This document shows positions 16,539-24,446 of a stretch of DNA of 32,175 nucleotides, piece after piece. Below the pieces are notes generated by a model. The model had not been told where the DNA came from. It was given only the letters and a program-made list of their open reading frames with translations, and made no database searches. Source of the stretch: an uncultured Candidatus Saccharibacteria bacterium (lineage in GTDB: Bacteria > Patescibacteriota > Minisyncoccia > Phycocordibacterales > UBA6899); assembly GCA_964409985.1 (NCBI GenBank), contig CAYPEZ010000006.1, forward strand, positions 1 to 32,175. The letters are read 5' to 3'. Position 1 is the stretch's first letter. Every line of letters begins with the position of its first letter. The position numbers were made by a program, and so were the translations under genes.

Positions 16539-16799
16539 CTAGTGTACTCGTGCAAGTATTCCTTGCAAGCGGTGTATTTCACTCTTTATGAGTTGATATT
16601 TCTCATCCACCAGAGGACCCAGCTCCCCAGCGTCTCTGAGGGCAACCTCAACGCTCTGTAATCGTTCTAAAATCTCCCGAATCATGCCAAACTCTTTAGA
16701 AGAGTCGTCAATCTCAGCTGCCTCTTCAAGAACCCCATCAAGGGCATCCATATTGACGGGAGAACCTTCTGGATTGAGTGAAGACACCCCTTCTTTCAT
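16539..16799 (-). CDS. Hypothetical small acidic, helix-prone protein (86 aa)
   Basis: ATG preceded by AAGGGGG. TACAAT lies 8 nt upstream of the start. Composition is acidic and Leu-rich. No family was recognised. Confidence 0.55.
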   Translation of the reverse strand: MKEGVSSLNPEGSPVNMDALDGVLEEAAEIDDSSKEFGMIREILERLQSVEVALRDAGELGPLVDEKYQLIKSEIHRLQGILARVH

Positions 16800-16821
16800 A
16801 CCCCCTTATTGTACTCTTCTC

Positions 16822-16865
16822 AAAAAGGAAAAGAAAAGAGCCTAGATTCCGTAGAATCTAGGCTC
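16822..16865 (-). terminator. Strong intrinsic terminator ending the two-gene exported module
   Basis: gagcctagattc-cgta-gaatctaggctc is a perfect 12-bp stem (16838-16865). On the minus strand it is followed by ttttcttttccttttt. Confidence 0.9.
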
Positions 16866-16885
16866 TCGATCAGTGAAGGAACATT

Positions 16886-18133
16886 TTATTGCTTTTGTAT
16901 ACCCTTTTCCATTGTTGCGAACGCGTTCGAGGTGACCCCCGTTCCCGCTTTCTGGCGAAGGAACACCACGGTGAGCTCGGGCGTCCAGTCGTTTGTGGCG
17001 GTACCACTCGACCTGCCCAGAGTACCAGTCACAGATCCGATCGCCTCTCCCAGAGGGCCACCCGCACCTGGAGCAATACTCCAGCCTCGCCCCGTCGTCG
17101 CAAGGGTCGCATGCATGATGGTTGCCTTGCGGCTCATGACCATCAGGAGTGTTTCGTCCGTGCGCAGATACTGTCCGACTTGCGCCGCACGAATACGGAG
17201 CTCATCGACAGTGACCATATGAGCTTCCTTGCCTGCCGCTTGAACGCTCACCGAGGCGAGACACTCATAGGTTCCTTGGTCGGGAACCCTATTGGCTACC
17301 GCTGCGACGATCTTGGCACTCCCACGTTCCTTGCGGAGACCAGGAAAACCGGACATGGTCGTCATCGTCGGAAAGACATCTTTGGCCACAAAGAGCTGCT
17401 TGCCCTTATAGACCTCGATGTCTCCTCCTGTAGATCCACATGACTCCAGAATGGAGTACAGGTAGTCCACGAAGCATGTAGCACATTCTGCAATGACGGG
17501 CGCTGGAGCAAGTGACGGCGTCGACGGCGGGACGAGCATGACATTCAAATTCTTGTCATGGCTGTCGATCTTGAGGTCGACATTTCCCGCATTCGAGACA
17601 TTGCCTGTGTTGGAGACGTTGCCACTCGAATTATTCGTCGAGTTGCCGCTCCCCGAGACACTCTGCGACTGGCTCGAATTTCCACTTCCATTCATGGATT
17701 GGGACTGATTCGAGTTTCCACTCCCAGTAATAGACTGTGATTGGTCCTGGTTGGAATTCCCACTACCAGTCACTGCTGCTGAGGAATTGGAAGTCTGCTG
17801 CTGAGTCTGCCCTTGATGCTGACTCGCAGAGGAATTCGAAGTCGAATTCCCGCTGTTGCTCACAGACCCGCCTGTCGCGGAAGCATTGCCCCCTCCACCA
17901 CCATAAGCCACAGGATTTGCTGTGACCGTAGTGGTATTCGAAGCATTCCCTCCAGCACCACCTTGTCCGCCTTGCGGCTGATTGATGGTCTGACTCGGAA
18001 TCGTCGTGCAGTTGAAGCAACTGCCGGACTGATCGATGACCTGAGGCGTCGGTTGGCTTCCTCCTGTTGCATGCGCAACAGAAGCAGCACACATGAGTAC
18101 GGCCACGAGGACCGTTTTTCCCTTCATCTTCAT
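16886..18133 (-). CDS. Secreted protein: signal peptide, G/S/N/Q low-complexity region with GSGNSxQSQS-type tandem repeats, and an unassigned C-terminal domain of about 225 aa
   Basis: The ORF opens at TTG 18163, which overlaps the upstream stop as TTGA. ATGs follow at 18139, 18133 and 18127, and AAAGGGG sits 6 nt before 18133. The signal peptide is MKMKGKTVLVAVLMCAASVAHA|TGG. The low-complexity region spans about 17573-17980. The C-terminal domain contains ECATCFVDYLYSILESCG and YECLAS. No family was recognised. Confidence 0.75.
   Translation of the reverse strand: MKMKGKTVLVAVLMCAASVAHATGGSQPTPQVIDQSGSCFNCTTIPSQTINQPQGGQGGAGGNASNTTTVTANPVAYGGGGGNASATGGSVSNSGNSTSNSSASQHQGQTQQQTSNSSAAVTGSGNSNQDQSQSITGSGNSNQSQSMNGSGNSSQSQSVSGSGNSTNNSSGNVSNTGNVSNAGNVDLKIDSHDKNLNVMLVPPSTPSLAPAPVIAECATCFVDYLYSILESCGSTGGDIEVYKGKQLFVAKDVFPTMTTMSGFPGLRKERGSAKIVAAVANRVPDQGTYECLASVSVQAAGKEAHMVTVDELRIRAAQVGQYLRTDETLLMVMSRKATIMHATLATTGRGWSIAPGAGGPLGEAIGSVTGTLGRSSGTATNDWTPELTVVFLRQKAGTGVTSNAFATMEKGIQKQ
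17576..17773 (-). repeat. In-frame tandem coding repeats (36-nt then 18-nt period)
   Basis: VTGSGNSNQDQSQS / ITGSGNSNQSQS / MNGSGNSSQSQS / VSGSGNSTNNSS / GNVSNT / GNVSNA / GNVDLK. Confidence 0.85.
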
Positions 18134-18159
18134 CTTCATCCCCTTTACTTGTTTGAGGT

Positions 18160-19500
18160 TCAAAAAAGATCGAGGGAAGGAGATTGCTCCCCTTTCCTCA
18201 CCGTTCCATCAGGAAGGCATACAAGTGCCATTCCTTTATACTCAACATCCGGTGTTTGCCGGCAAATGTCTTCTGGCGAAGATGCTGTGACCATTGCTCC
18301 ACCAAGGACCGTGAAGGTTGCCTTGGGGGTTAGATTTCGCATTCTTTCGTCGACAGGACACAATCCATCACATGCGAGAGTTCGCCTTTCATAGGAAGGC
18401 GAACCAGAATTCGGTTGAGTGGGCGCGCAAGAGGCGTCACACGAGGGACTTGCGTCGGAGAGTGGAGCTCCCGAGACGCAGCCGGTCGTGGCGCAGTCTT
18501 GGGGCAGTCTCATTGGGACGCAGGGTCCTGTGTTGCATGTGGGTGGATCTGGTGGGGGGATCACCTTTGCCTCAATAGGCACTGGTGGAGGTCCCTCCGC
18601 TTTCCGTTCGACGAGAAGTGCGTAGTTACAGCACATGACTGGCATGCTTAGGGTCATGATAATGCGCATAGGCACACCATCAATAACCTCACGTCTTTCG
18701 TGTCTATAAACAACGACCATGTCTCCGTCACCAGGAGTGAATGCGACTCGCGTATTGGGATAGACTTTTTTCTTCCCCAACATGTCGCCAATCACTTCTC
18801 CTTTTTCGAGATCCCTTGCTACTTCCTCATTGGCGTTGATCTTTCGGAGAAGCTCCTTACGATCAGCTTCAGTCAACTGAGGAAAACGCTTAAGCGCTTC
18901 CTCGGGGCTGACATCGCATCCAAGAGGATCAGTGCCCCGATATTTCCACTCAGTGTATTCACCTTGGGAGGCGATACCCTGGTTGGAGCGAAATACCGGA
19001 ACTACTCTATTGACCTCAGCACGAGACGCAAAATGAACCGGTGTAGAGATCTGCTCTCCGCAAGCATCAGTCAGCTCAAGTCTCTGCCCAGGATAAATGA
19101 GGTCAGGATTCTTGATGTCGTTTTTGGTCGCAACGTTCTGCCAATCGTTAGGACAAATCGTCGACAACCAATCGCCTTCTTCCACAACGTACTCAAGAAC
19201 ACTGTCGCTCTTAAGCACAACCGGAGTGACTTGCGCCACCTCGGACTTCTTGGAAGGAAGTTTGTGACTTCCCTCGTTTATGGCCATCTGTTCTGACGCA
19301 TCGACGAGCGTTGGCTCGCGCAGAGTCTTCTGAACAGTGAGCCAAACCAAGCTCAATGCCACAAGCACCAGAAGAGTGAAAGCGATGATGGCTTTGGAGC
19401 CAATCACAACCCTCTCAACTGGAACATCACGCAGCTCGGGATCGATGTCAGGAATGACATCTCCGAGTTTCTCTGTCTTTGGAACTTTTTCGTTTTCCAC
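18160..19500 (-). CDS. Signal-anchored protein with a LysM domain, an unassigned central domain, a Pro-rich linker and a Cys-rich C-terminal domain
   Basis: GTG start with AAAAGGGG about 7 nt upstream. TM AIIAFTLLVLVALSLVWLTV. The LysM-like region YVVEEGDWLSTICPNDWQNVATKNDIKNPDLIYPGQRLEL lies at about 19072-19194. PPPVPIEAKVIPPPDPP is followed by about 13 Cys in about 115 aa (TCNTGPC...DCATTGC...SCDASC...ACDGLC...). Confidence 0.78.
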   Translation of the reverse strand: MENEKVPKTEKLGDVIPDIDPELRDVPVERVVIGSKAIIAFTLLVLVALSLVWLTVQKTLREPTLVDASEQMAINEGSHKLPSKKSEVAQVTPVVLKSDSVLEYVVEEGDWLSTICPNDWQNVATKNDIKNPDLIYPGQRLELTDACGEQISTPVHFASRAEVNRVVPVFRSNQGIASQGEYTEWKYRGTDPLGCDVSPEEALKRFPQLTEADRKELLRKINANEEVARDLEKGEVIGDMLGKKKVYPNTRVAFTPGDGDMVVVYRHERREVIDGVPMRIIMTLSMPVMCCNYALLVERKAEGPPPVPIEAKVIPPPDPPTCNTGPCVPMRLPQDCATTGCVSGAPLSDASPSCDASCAPTQPNSGSPSYERRTLACDGLCPVDERMRNLTPKATFTVLGGAMVTASSPEDICRQTPDVEYKGMALVCLPDGTVRKGEQSPSLDLF

Positions 19501-19579
19501 GAGTATCCCCTTTTAAGCGTTTTGGGTTTTACAAAATCAACAAACAGTCTGGTCTCGAAACTACCAGAAAATTGGCTTC

Positions 19580-19607
19580 TGTCAAGTTATCTTCCGTTCA
19601 AGATAAC
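19580..19607 (-). promoter_or_regulatory. Candidate promoter -35 (TTGACA on the minus strand) abutted by a perfect 8-bp inverted repeat GTTATCTT-N6-AAGATAAC
   Basis: Plus-strand tgtcaa at 19580-85. The inverted-repeat arms are 19586-93 and 19600-07. The element lies between the upstream terminator and the GTG start at 19500. The -10 is weak (TAGTTT at 16-nt spacing). Confidence 0.3.
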
Positions 19608-19608
19608 G

Positions 19609-19649
19609 CAAAAAAACACCCCCGGAAGCGCATGCCTCCGAGGGTGTTG
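19609..19649 (-). terminator. Intrinsic terminator after the 232-aa exported-protein gene
   Basis: The minus-strand RNA cacccucggagg-caugcg-cuuccgggggug forms 12 bp including 2 G-U pairs, followed by uuuuuuu. Confidence 0.85.
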
Positions 19650-19671
19650 AGTGAATCTATCGTGGCGCTAT

Positions 19672-20370
19672 TTATGGACGTTTTTTAAGAAGGATAAGCC
19701 CAAAACCAACCGCCAAGAGACCGAGTGCGATTTCGACAAAATGGAACTCTCGATTGACTGTTTCAAGGATCACTCCGTGTGTGCGAAGAGTTTCCGACAT
19801 GCTCCCTACTGAAGCCGAACGAGCAGGAAACCCGAGCTCAGCTTTTTCCATCGGACACCCAAAGGAGCCGGATGAGTGGTATCGTGTTACTCCCTTTCCC
19901 ATATCTTTTGGTGTCATATCAGGTGCACCCCCCATCACATGACCACCGGGGTGGCAGGTAAACGTAAGGTCAACATCAGCATTCTCAATAGTACCGAAAA
20001 TACGGTAGGAGAGGACGGTTGCTTGTGTAGGGTAAAAGAGTGAAGTGTACGCACCTGGCTGTCCCCACACACCCGTGATGTCTTGGGTCCTTTTCTGCCC
20101 GCTAGCCGAAATTTCAAGCTTGAGTGAACTTTCTAATCCTAGTACTGGAGTGCCACTTGAGGCTGTGGGTGAAGACAGTTTTTGGACACGCAAATCTAAT
20201 CCTGACCGATCATCTACCACTACCGGCTCTCCCTGACTCCCAATAGTGAATTGATAATATTGCCCTCCTATCTCAAAGACTCCGTGCTCATGAGCACTTG
20301 CCGTGGTCCCAAATGAGACGAGAGAGGCAAAAAGAAGGAGTCCCCCTGCTAACATTCGATGCTTCATCAT
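19672..20370 (-). CDS. Hypothetical exported protein with a C-terminal TM anchor; the predicted mature N-terminus begins HEHG
   Basis: Signal peptide MMKHRMLAGGLLLFASLVSFGTTASA|HEHGVF. The C-terminus IALGLLAVGFGLILLKKRP is a TM with a basic tail. An internal FTCHPGGHVMGG motif is present. No family was recognised. Confidence 0.7.
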   Translation of the reverse strand: MMKHRMLAGGLLLFASLVSFGTTASAHEHGVFEIGGQYYQFTIGSQGEPVVVDDRSGLDLRVQKLSSPTASSGTPVLGLESSLKLEISASGQKRTQDITGVWGQPGAYTSLFYPTQATVLSYRIFGTIENADVDLTFTCHPGGHVMGGAPDMTPKDMGKGVTRYHSSGSFGCPMEKAELGFPARSASVGSMSETLRTHGVILETVNREFHFVEIALGLLAVGFGLILLKKRP

Positions 20371-20414
20371 GTCAAAATGTACAATAGAGATAATAAAGAA
20401 AAAGCTATCACATA

Positions 20415-20447
20415 TCTCAGGAAAATTTTTCTCTTTTCTCAGGAAAA
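20415..20447. repeat. Direct repeat TCTCAGGAAAA x2 (22-nt period) in the divergent intergenic region upstream of infC
   Basis: Copies at 20415-20425 and 20437-20447. Function unknown. Confidence 0.6.
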
Positions 20448-20592
20448 GATTGAATATGCGATACCTAACAAGAAGTATATACCCTCAAGCCGTCGAGGTA
20501 TTGTCGTTATGCACGAATAATATACGTAATGCGAAAGGTGTGGTATATTAGGAGCTCATTCATTATTTAGCATTTCTTAATCCCCCACTGTC

Positions 20593-21144
20593 TTGAAAGA
20601 AAAAGTCCGCATCAACAATCAAATCCGTGTCCCTGAGCTCCGCGTTATTGGCCACACAGGCGAAAACCACGGAGTGATCTCGATTGAGAAGGCACTTGCC
20701 CTCGCAAAAGAGGTGAATCTCGACCTTATCGAGATCTCGCCAAACGCCATTCCTCCGGTTGCAAAAATCATGGATTATGGTAAGTTCCAATACGTCGAGC
20801 AGAAAAAAGAGAAGGAAGTCAAGGCTAAAAGTCATGTGACTGAAACCAAGGGCATCCAGATCAAGATTGGCACTTCCGAGCGCGACCTAGAGCTTAAAGC
20901 AAAAAAGATCAGTGAGTGGCTCGAGGAAGGACATCGGACGAAACTCGATTTATACCTCCCGGGACGCACGAAATATATGGATCCTAAGTTCCTCCAAGAA
21001 CGCATGGAACGTATCCTCCGCCTCGTCTCAACAGAGTATAAAATCGCTGAACCTCCCGTTAAGGGACCAAAAAGCCTTTCGATGACACTCGAACGCTCAG
21101 GAAAGAAAAAGACCGAAGCGCCAAAGCCGGCAAAACCATCCTAA
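20593..21144 (+). CDS. infC: Translation initiation factor IF-3
   Basis: KEKVRINNQIRVPELRVIGHTGENHGVISIEKALALAKEVNLDLIEISPNAIPPVAKIMDYGKFQY is a canonical IF-3 N-domain and linker. The start is TTG at 20593, because an in-frame TAA at 20578 excludes anything further upstream. No SD is evident. Confidence 0.93.
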   Translation: MKEKVRINNQIRVPELRVIGHTGENHGVISIEKALALAKEVNLDLIEISPNAIPPVAKIMDYGKFQYVEQKKEKEVKAKSHVTETKGIQIKIGTSERDLELKAKKISEWLEEGHRTKLDLYLPGRTKYMDPKFLQERMERILRLVSTEYKIAEPPVKGPKSLSMTLERSGKKKTEAPKPAKPS

Positions 21145-21155
21145 ACAACATTTTT

Positions 21156-21347
21156 ATGGCAATGAAAACCAACAAATCATACGCAAAGCGCCTCAAAGTC
21201 ACCAAGAGTGGAAAGGTGCTTGCGCGCCGCGCCGGCATCAATCATTTCAACGCAAAGAAGAAGCGTACACACCAGCTCAAGCAGCGCAAACTCATGAGCT
21301 TTGGTATTTCACACAAAGCCAAGAGCCGTTTTTTGGTGAACATGTAA
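21156..21347 (+). CDS. rpmI: 50S ribosomal protein L35
   Basis: MAMKTNKSYAKRLKVTKSGKVLARRAGINH. The protein is 63 aa and basic, and sits between infC and rplT. Confidence 0.93.
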   Translation: MAMKTNKSYAKRLKVTKSGKVLARRAGINHFNAKKKRTHQLKQRKLMSFGISHKAKSRFLVNM

Positions 21348-21369
21348 TAAACATAGTAACGAGAACAAT

Positions 21370-21714
21370 ATGACACGCGTAAAACGAGGAACCATTAGTG
21401 CAAAGACCCGCCGATATACCCTGAAGGCCGCAAAGGGATATCGCTTTGGTCGCTCAAAGAAAGAAAAGATGGCATTTGTGGCGCTCACCCATGCTGGAAA
21501 ACATGCATTTGCCCACCGCCGAGACAAGAAAGCAGCATTTCGCCGTGACTGGCAGACCATTATCAGTGCTGCGGTTCGTCCAGAAGGACTCTCCTATTCA
21601 CGCTTTATTGCGGGGCTGAAGAAAAAAAACATCACGCTTGATCGCAAAATCCTCGCTGATCTTGCAAAGAATGCTCCTGACACCTTCAAGAAGGTTGTCG
21701 CCGAAGTGAAGTAA
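21370..21714 (+). CDS. rplT: 50S ribosomal protein L20
   Basis: MTRVKRGTISAKTRRYTLKAAKGYRFGRSKK...AFAHRRDKKAAFRRDWQTIISAA is a canonical L20 sequence. Confidence 0.95.
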   Translation: MTRVKRGTISAKTRRYTLKAAKGYRFGRSKKEKMAFVALTHAGKHAFAHRRDKKAAFRRDWQTIISAAVRPEGLSYSRFIAGLKKKNITLDRKILADLAKNAPDTFKKVVAEVK

Positions 21715-21720
21715 CACAAT

Positions 21721-21748
21721 AAAAAACACCCACACGGGTGTTTTTTAT
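21721..21748. terminator. Bidirectional intrinsic terminator (rplT / ung)
   Basis: aaaaaa-acaccc-acac-gggtgt-tttttatt. It overlaps the ung stop codon. Confidence 0.8.
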
Positions 21749-22419
21749 TGCCATACAATCTCTTCTCTCCCCTTTTCTTTTAAAAATGCATTCGCTTTTT
21801 TGAAATGGCCGTTGCCGAAGAACCCTTTGTGAGCAGAGAGTGGAGATGGGTGCGCGGATTCCAGAACAAGATGTCTCTTCTGGTCAATCAATCCTGCTTT
21901 CTTTCGAGCAAAGCTTCCCCAGAGCATGAAGACGACATGTTCACAGTGTCGATTGATGACAGTAATCACAGCGTCAGTAAATGTGTGCCATCCAAAATCT
22001 GCATGCGAATTTGCATCTCCTGCACCAACAGTAAGTGATGCATTCAGAAGAAGGACTCCTTGTTTTGCCCACCGCGTGAGATCCGGGGTTCGCTCACACC
22101 CCACTCCAAACTCTTCTTCAATTTCTTTATACATATTGAGAAGCGATGGAGGAATAGGATTCCCCGCAACACTCGAGAAAGCGAGACCGTCAGCGACACC
22201 AGGAGTATGGTACGGGTCCTGTCCCAGGATCACCACTTTTACACCTTCTGGAGAGACCTCCTCAAATGCACGGAACATTCGTGTTGGGTGTGGATACACC
22301 TTGCCTTCCATGTATGCAGCGCGAACTCGCTCTCGAAGCTCTTTGAAGTACGGTTTTTCAAACTCGTCACTGAGGAGCACCTTCCATGAAGGAGCAATAT
22401 TCACCGTCTCAGTGGTCAT
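21745..22419 (-). CDS. ung: Uracil-DNA glycosylase, family 1
   Basis: WKVLLSDEFEKPYFKELRERV, GQDPYH, GVLLLNASLTV and HPSPLSAHKGFFG. The ORF opens at 22461, but ATG 22419 (MTTETVNIAPSW) sits 1 nt after the upstream gene's stop and removes a 41-nt overlap. Confidence 0.93.
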   Translation of the reverse strand: MTTETVNIAPSWKVLLSDEFEKPYFKELRERVRAAYMEGKVYPHPTRMFRAFEEVSPEGVKVVILGQDPYHTPGVADGLAFSSVAGNPIPPSLLNMYKEIEEEFGVGCERTPDLTRWAKQGVLLLNASLTVGAGDANSHADFGWHTFTDAVITVINRHCEHVVFMLWGSFARKKAGLIDQKRHLVLESAHPSPLSAHKGFFGNGHFKKANAFLKEKGREEIVWQ

Positions 22420-22420
22420 A

Positions 22421-23797
22421 CTACAAATCAAGAGTAACCTTGTCGTTTGGTCTTGGAACAACAGCGTCTTTTCCTAACTCATCGCGAATGCGTTGCGCAA
22501 GGAACATGGAGGCTTTAGGCTCGCCCATAACGAGAAAGTACTTTTCAACAGTCTCCATGCCCGTCTCAGCAAAATCAACAAGACCATTCGAGTCTTTGTG
22601 CCCAGAGTACCCTTGAAGGGAGAGGATGTTTGCTCGCACGGCGGTCTCCTCGCCATGAAACGTGAGCGTCTTCACTCCTTCCTGCATGAGCCTCCCCGGG
22701 GTTCCTACTGCTTGATACCCCGCCAAGAGAACTGTGGTGTTTTCTTTTGGTAGATAGTGCTTCAGGTGGTGCACAATACGTCCGCCCGTAGCCATCCCGC
22801 TCCCTGCCATGATCATTTTTGGACCCTGATGCTCCCAAATGGCCATCGACTCCTCTTTTGTCTCAGTAAAATGAAGTCCTGGAAAATTAAAGAGACTATC
22901 CCCTGTCGAAATGATGTGTTGTGCCTCTTTATTAAAGAACTCATCTGCGCGTCGATACACATCTGTCGCCTTGATCGCAAGAGGTGAGTCTACGAACACA
23001 GGAATGCGAGGCATCGTATGATGCTCAGCAAAGTCATTGAGTTCATAGAGAAGCTCCTGAGTGCGTTCCATCGAGAATGCTGGAACAACGAGTGTCCCTC
23101 CGTCCTTCACAGCGTTCACAATGACCTGGCGAAGAACCTCCTTTCGTTCATCTCGATGCTCGTGGTTTCGGTCGCCATACACACTTTCCATGACCACATA
23201 ATGTGCGCCTGTGATTGGATCTGTGTCTCGGAGAAGCGGAGCAGGAGAATTTCCTAAATCCCCAGTAAACACAATAGTTCGCGCATTCCCCCCGCTACCG
23301 GTCGTCACAAAGACCATGACTGACCCGAGCATATGGCCAGCCTCTTTGAATTCAACGGTGATGTTCTCTCCCACAGAAAACTGCTCATAGTACCCACGCG
23401 TGCGCCATAATTTCATCGACTCCACGACATCTTCTGCTGTATAAATGGGATCACGTTCTTCGTGTTCAGCCTCCCGTCTCAAAATATCTACCGTATCATG
23501 GAGCATAAGCTCAGCAAGATCTTTTGTCGCCCATGTTGAAATAATTTCCCCTCGAAATCCTTCACGAACAAGTTTGGGGATTCTTCCAATATGATCAATA
23601 TGTGCATGTGTGACAAAAAGGATATCAATGTCTTTTGGTTCAAAAGGAAATGCTTCACGATTCCGGTCGTCCCCCATTTTATGTGAAGATTGGTAAAATC
23701 CACAGTCTGTCAGCATATTCTTCCCTCCAACATTGAGAAGAAAATTTGCACCTGTGACGCTATCAACCCCACCTGCGAATGTTAATATTCCACTCAT
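22421..23797 (-). CDS. MBL-fold beta-CASP ribonuclease (CPSF/Ysh1-like, COG1236 type)
   Basis: VTHAHIDHIGRIP (HxHxDH), FTGDLG, MESVYGDRNH, a beta-CASP insert, and the C-terminal GYSGHKD with the conserved His. Confidence 0.88.
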   Translation of the reverse strand: MSGILTFAGGVDSVTGANFLLNVGGKNMLTDCGFYQSSHKMGDDRNREAFPFEPKDIDILFVTHAHIDHIGRIPKLVREGFRGEIISTWATKDLAELMLHDTVDILRREAEHEERDPIYTAEDVVESMKLWRTRGYYEQFSVGENITVEFKEAGHMLGSVMVFVTTGSGGNARTIVFTGDLGNSPAPLLRDTDPITGAHYVVMESVYGDRNHEHRDERKEVLRQVIVNAVKDGGTLVVPAFSMERTQELLYELNDFAEHHTMPRIPVFVDSPLAIKATDVYRRADEFFNKEAQHIISTGDSLFNFPGLHFTETKEESMAIWEHQGPKMIMAGSGMATGGRIVHHLKHYLPKENTTVLLAGYQAVGTPGRLMQEGVKTLTFHGEETAVRANILSLQGYSGHKDSNGLVDFAETGMETVEKYFLVMGEPKASMFLAQRIRDELGKDAVVPRPNDKVTLDL

Positions 23798-24198
23798 ACC
23801 GATTGTTGATGTTGATGAATGTGGCCAAAAATCCCAGCGATAACACCTCCAATAAAATCATTAAGGAGATCTGAGGTCGTGTCGACAGGATCATACACAT
23901 AAGGCTCTAGTGCAAAAGATAAATCAGTTAAAAGTTCAAACATCTCCCACAGTATTCCGATACCAAACGCAATAAGAAAGGCGTATGCAAGGCGTTCTTT
24001 CAATGGTAATGCGCGCTTGAGATAATGCTGAATAATCGTCAATGCTGTAAACCCGATCCAGAAACCACCAACGATGTGCATAGGAATATCCAGCCACCAG
24101 TAGTAAAAATACAAATCTTTTGTGACGGCAAAAATATTGAAGACGCAAATCGCAACAATGAGCGTAACAACAATGACCAAGGCGGTTCGGGATGACAT
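23794..24198 (-). CDS. Hypothetical 4-TM membrane protein
   Basis: 134 aa with four hydrophobic segments. It has WEMFELLTD and DLLNDFIGGVIAG motifs. Its stop overlaps the downstream start (ATGA). No family is named with confidence. Confidence 0.7.
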   Translation of the reverse strand: MSSRTALVIVVTLIVAICVFNIFAVTKDLYFYYWWLDIPMHIVGGFWIGFTALTIIQHYLKRALPLKERLAYAFLIAFGIGILWEMFELLTDLSFALEPYVYDPVDTTSDLLNDFIGGVIAGIFGHIHQHQQSV

Positions 24199-24446
24199 TC
24201 CCCCATTGTACGTGACCTGATGCGCGAGAGCAAAAGAAAACGCCCCGATCGCAACTGCGGATCGGAGCGTCTTCGAGAACAGTATTAGGATGAACCCAAG
24301 AGATCCAGGTGGGAGGTCTCAATTCGAAGCCCAAGAGCTTGAACAATTTGACCCTGCCCGAAAATTTGGTTTGTGGATTTTCCTAATACCTTTTCACTGT
24401 AACACAAGCTATGTATTTTGGCGCTGTGCATAAATCCAAAAATACA

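Noticed and set aside
16161-16799. The small acidic pair could be WXG100/ESAT-6-like substrates linked to the FtsK-like ATPase (type VII secretion idea).
   Set aside because: Neither protein has a W-x-G motif, and the 123-aa protein has no Trp at all. The ATPase is 9 kb away in a different transcription unit and has a TraD-like, single P-loop layout rather than the EssC type.
16889-19296. Plus-strand ORFs of 184, 193 and 198 aa (16889-17443, 17813-18394 and 18700-19296) inside the two-gene module
   Set aside because: The minus-strand ORFs are much longer and contiguous. They have SDs, a signal peptide, a TM and a LysM motif. The plus-strand translations are Arg/Ser/Cys-rich shadow sequence.
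16886-19500. Treating the exported module as a horizontally acquired GC-rich island
   Set aside because: One 60-nt sample counted by eye was about 58% GC, against about 47% for a sample in the ATPase gene. Other native-looking genes, such as the first gene in the window, look similarly GC-rich. No integrase, tRNA or direct-repeat borders are present. A real GC and codon-usage computation is needed.
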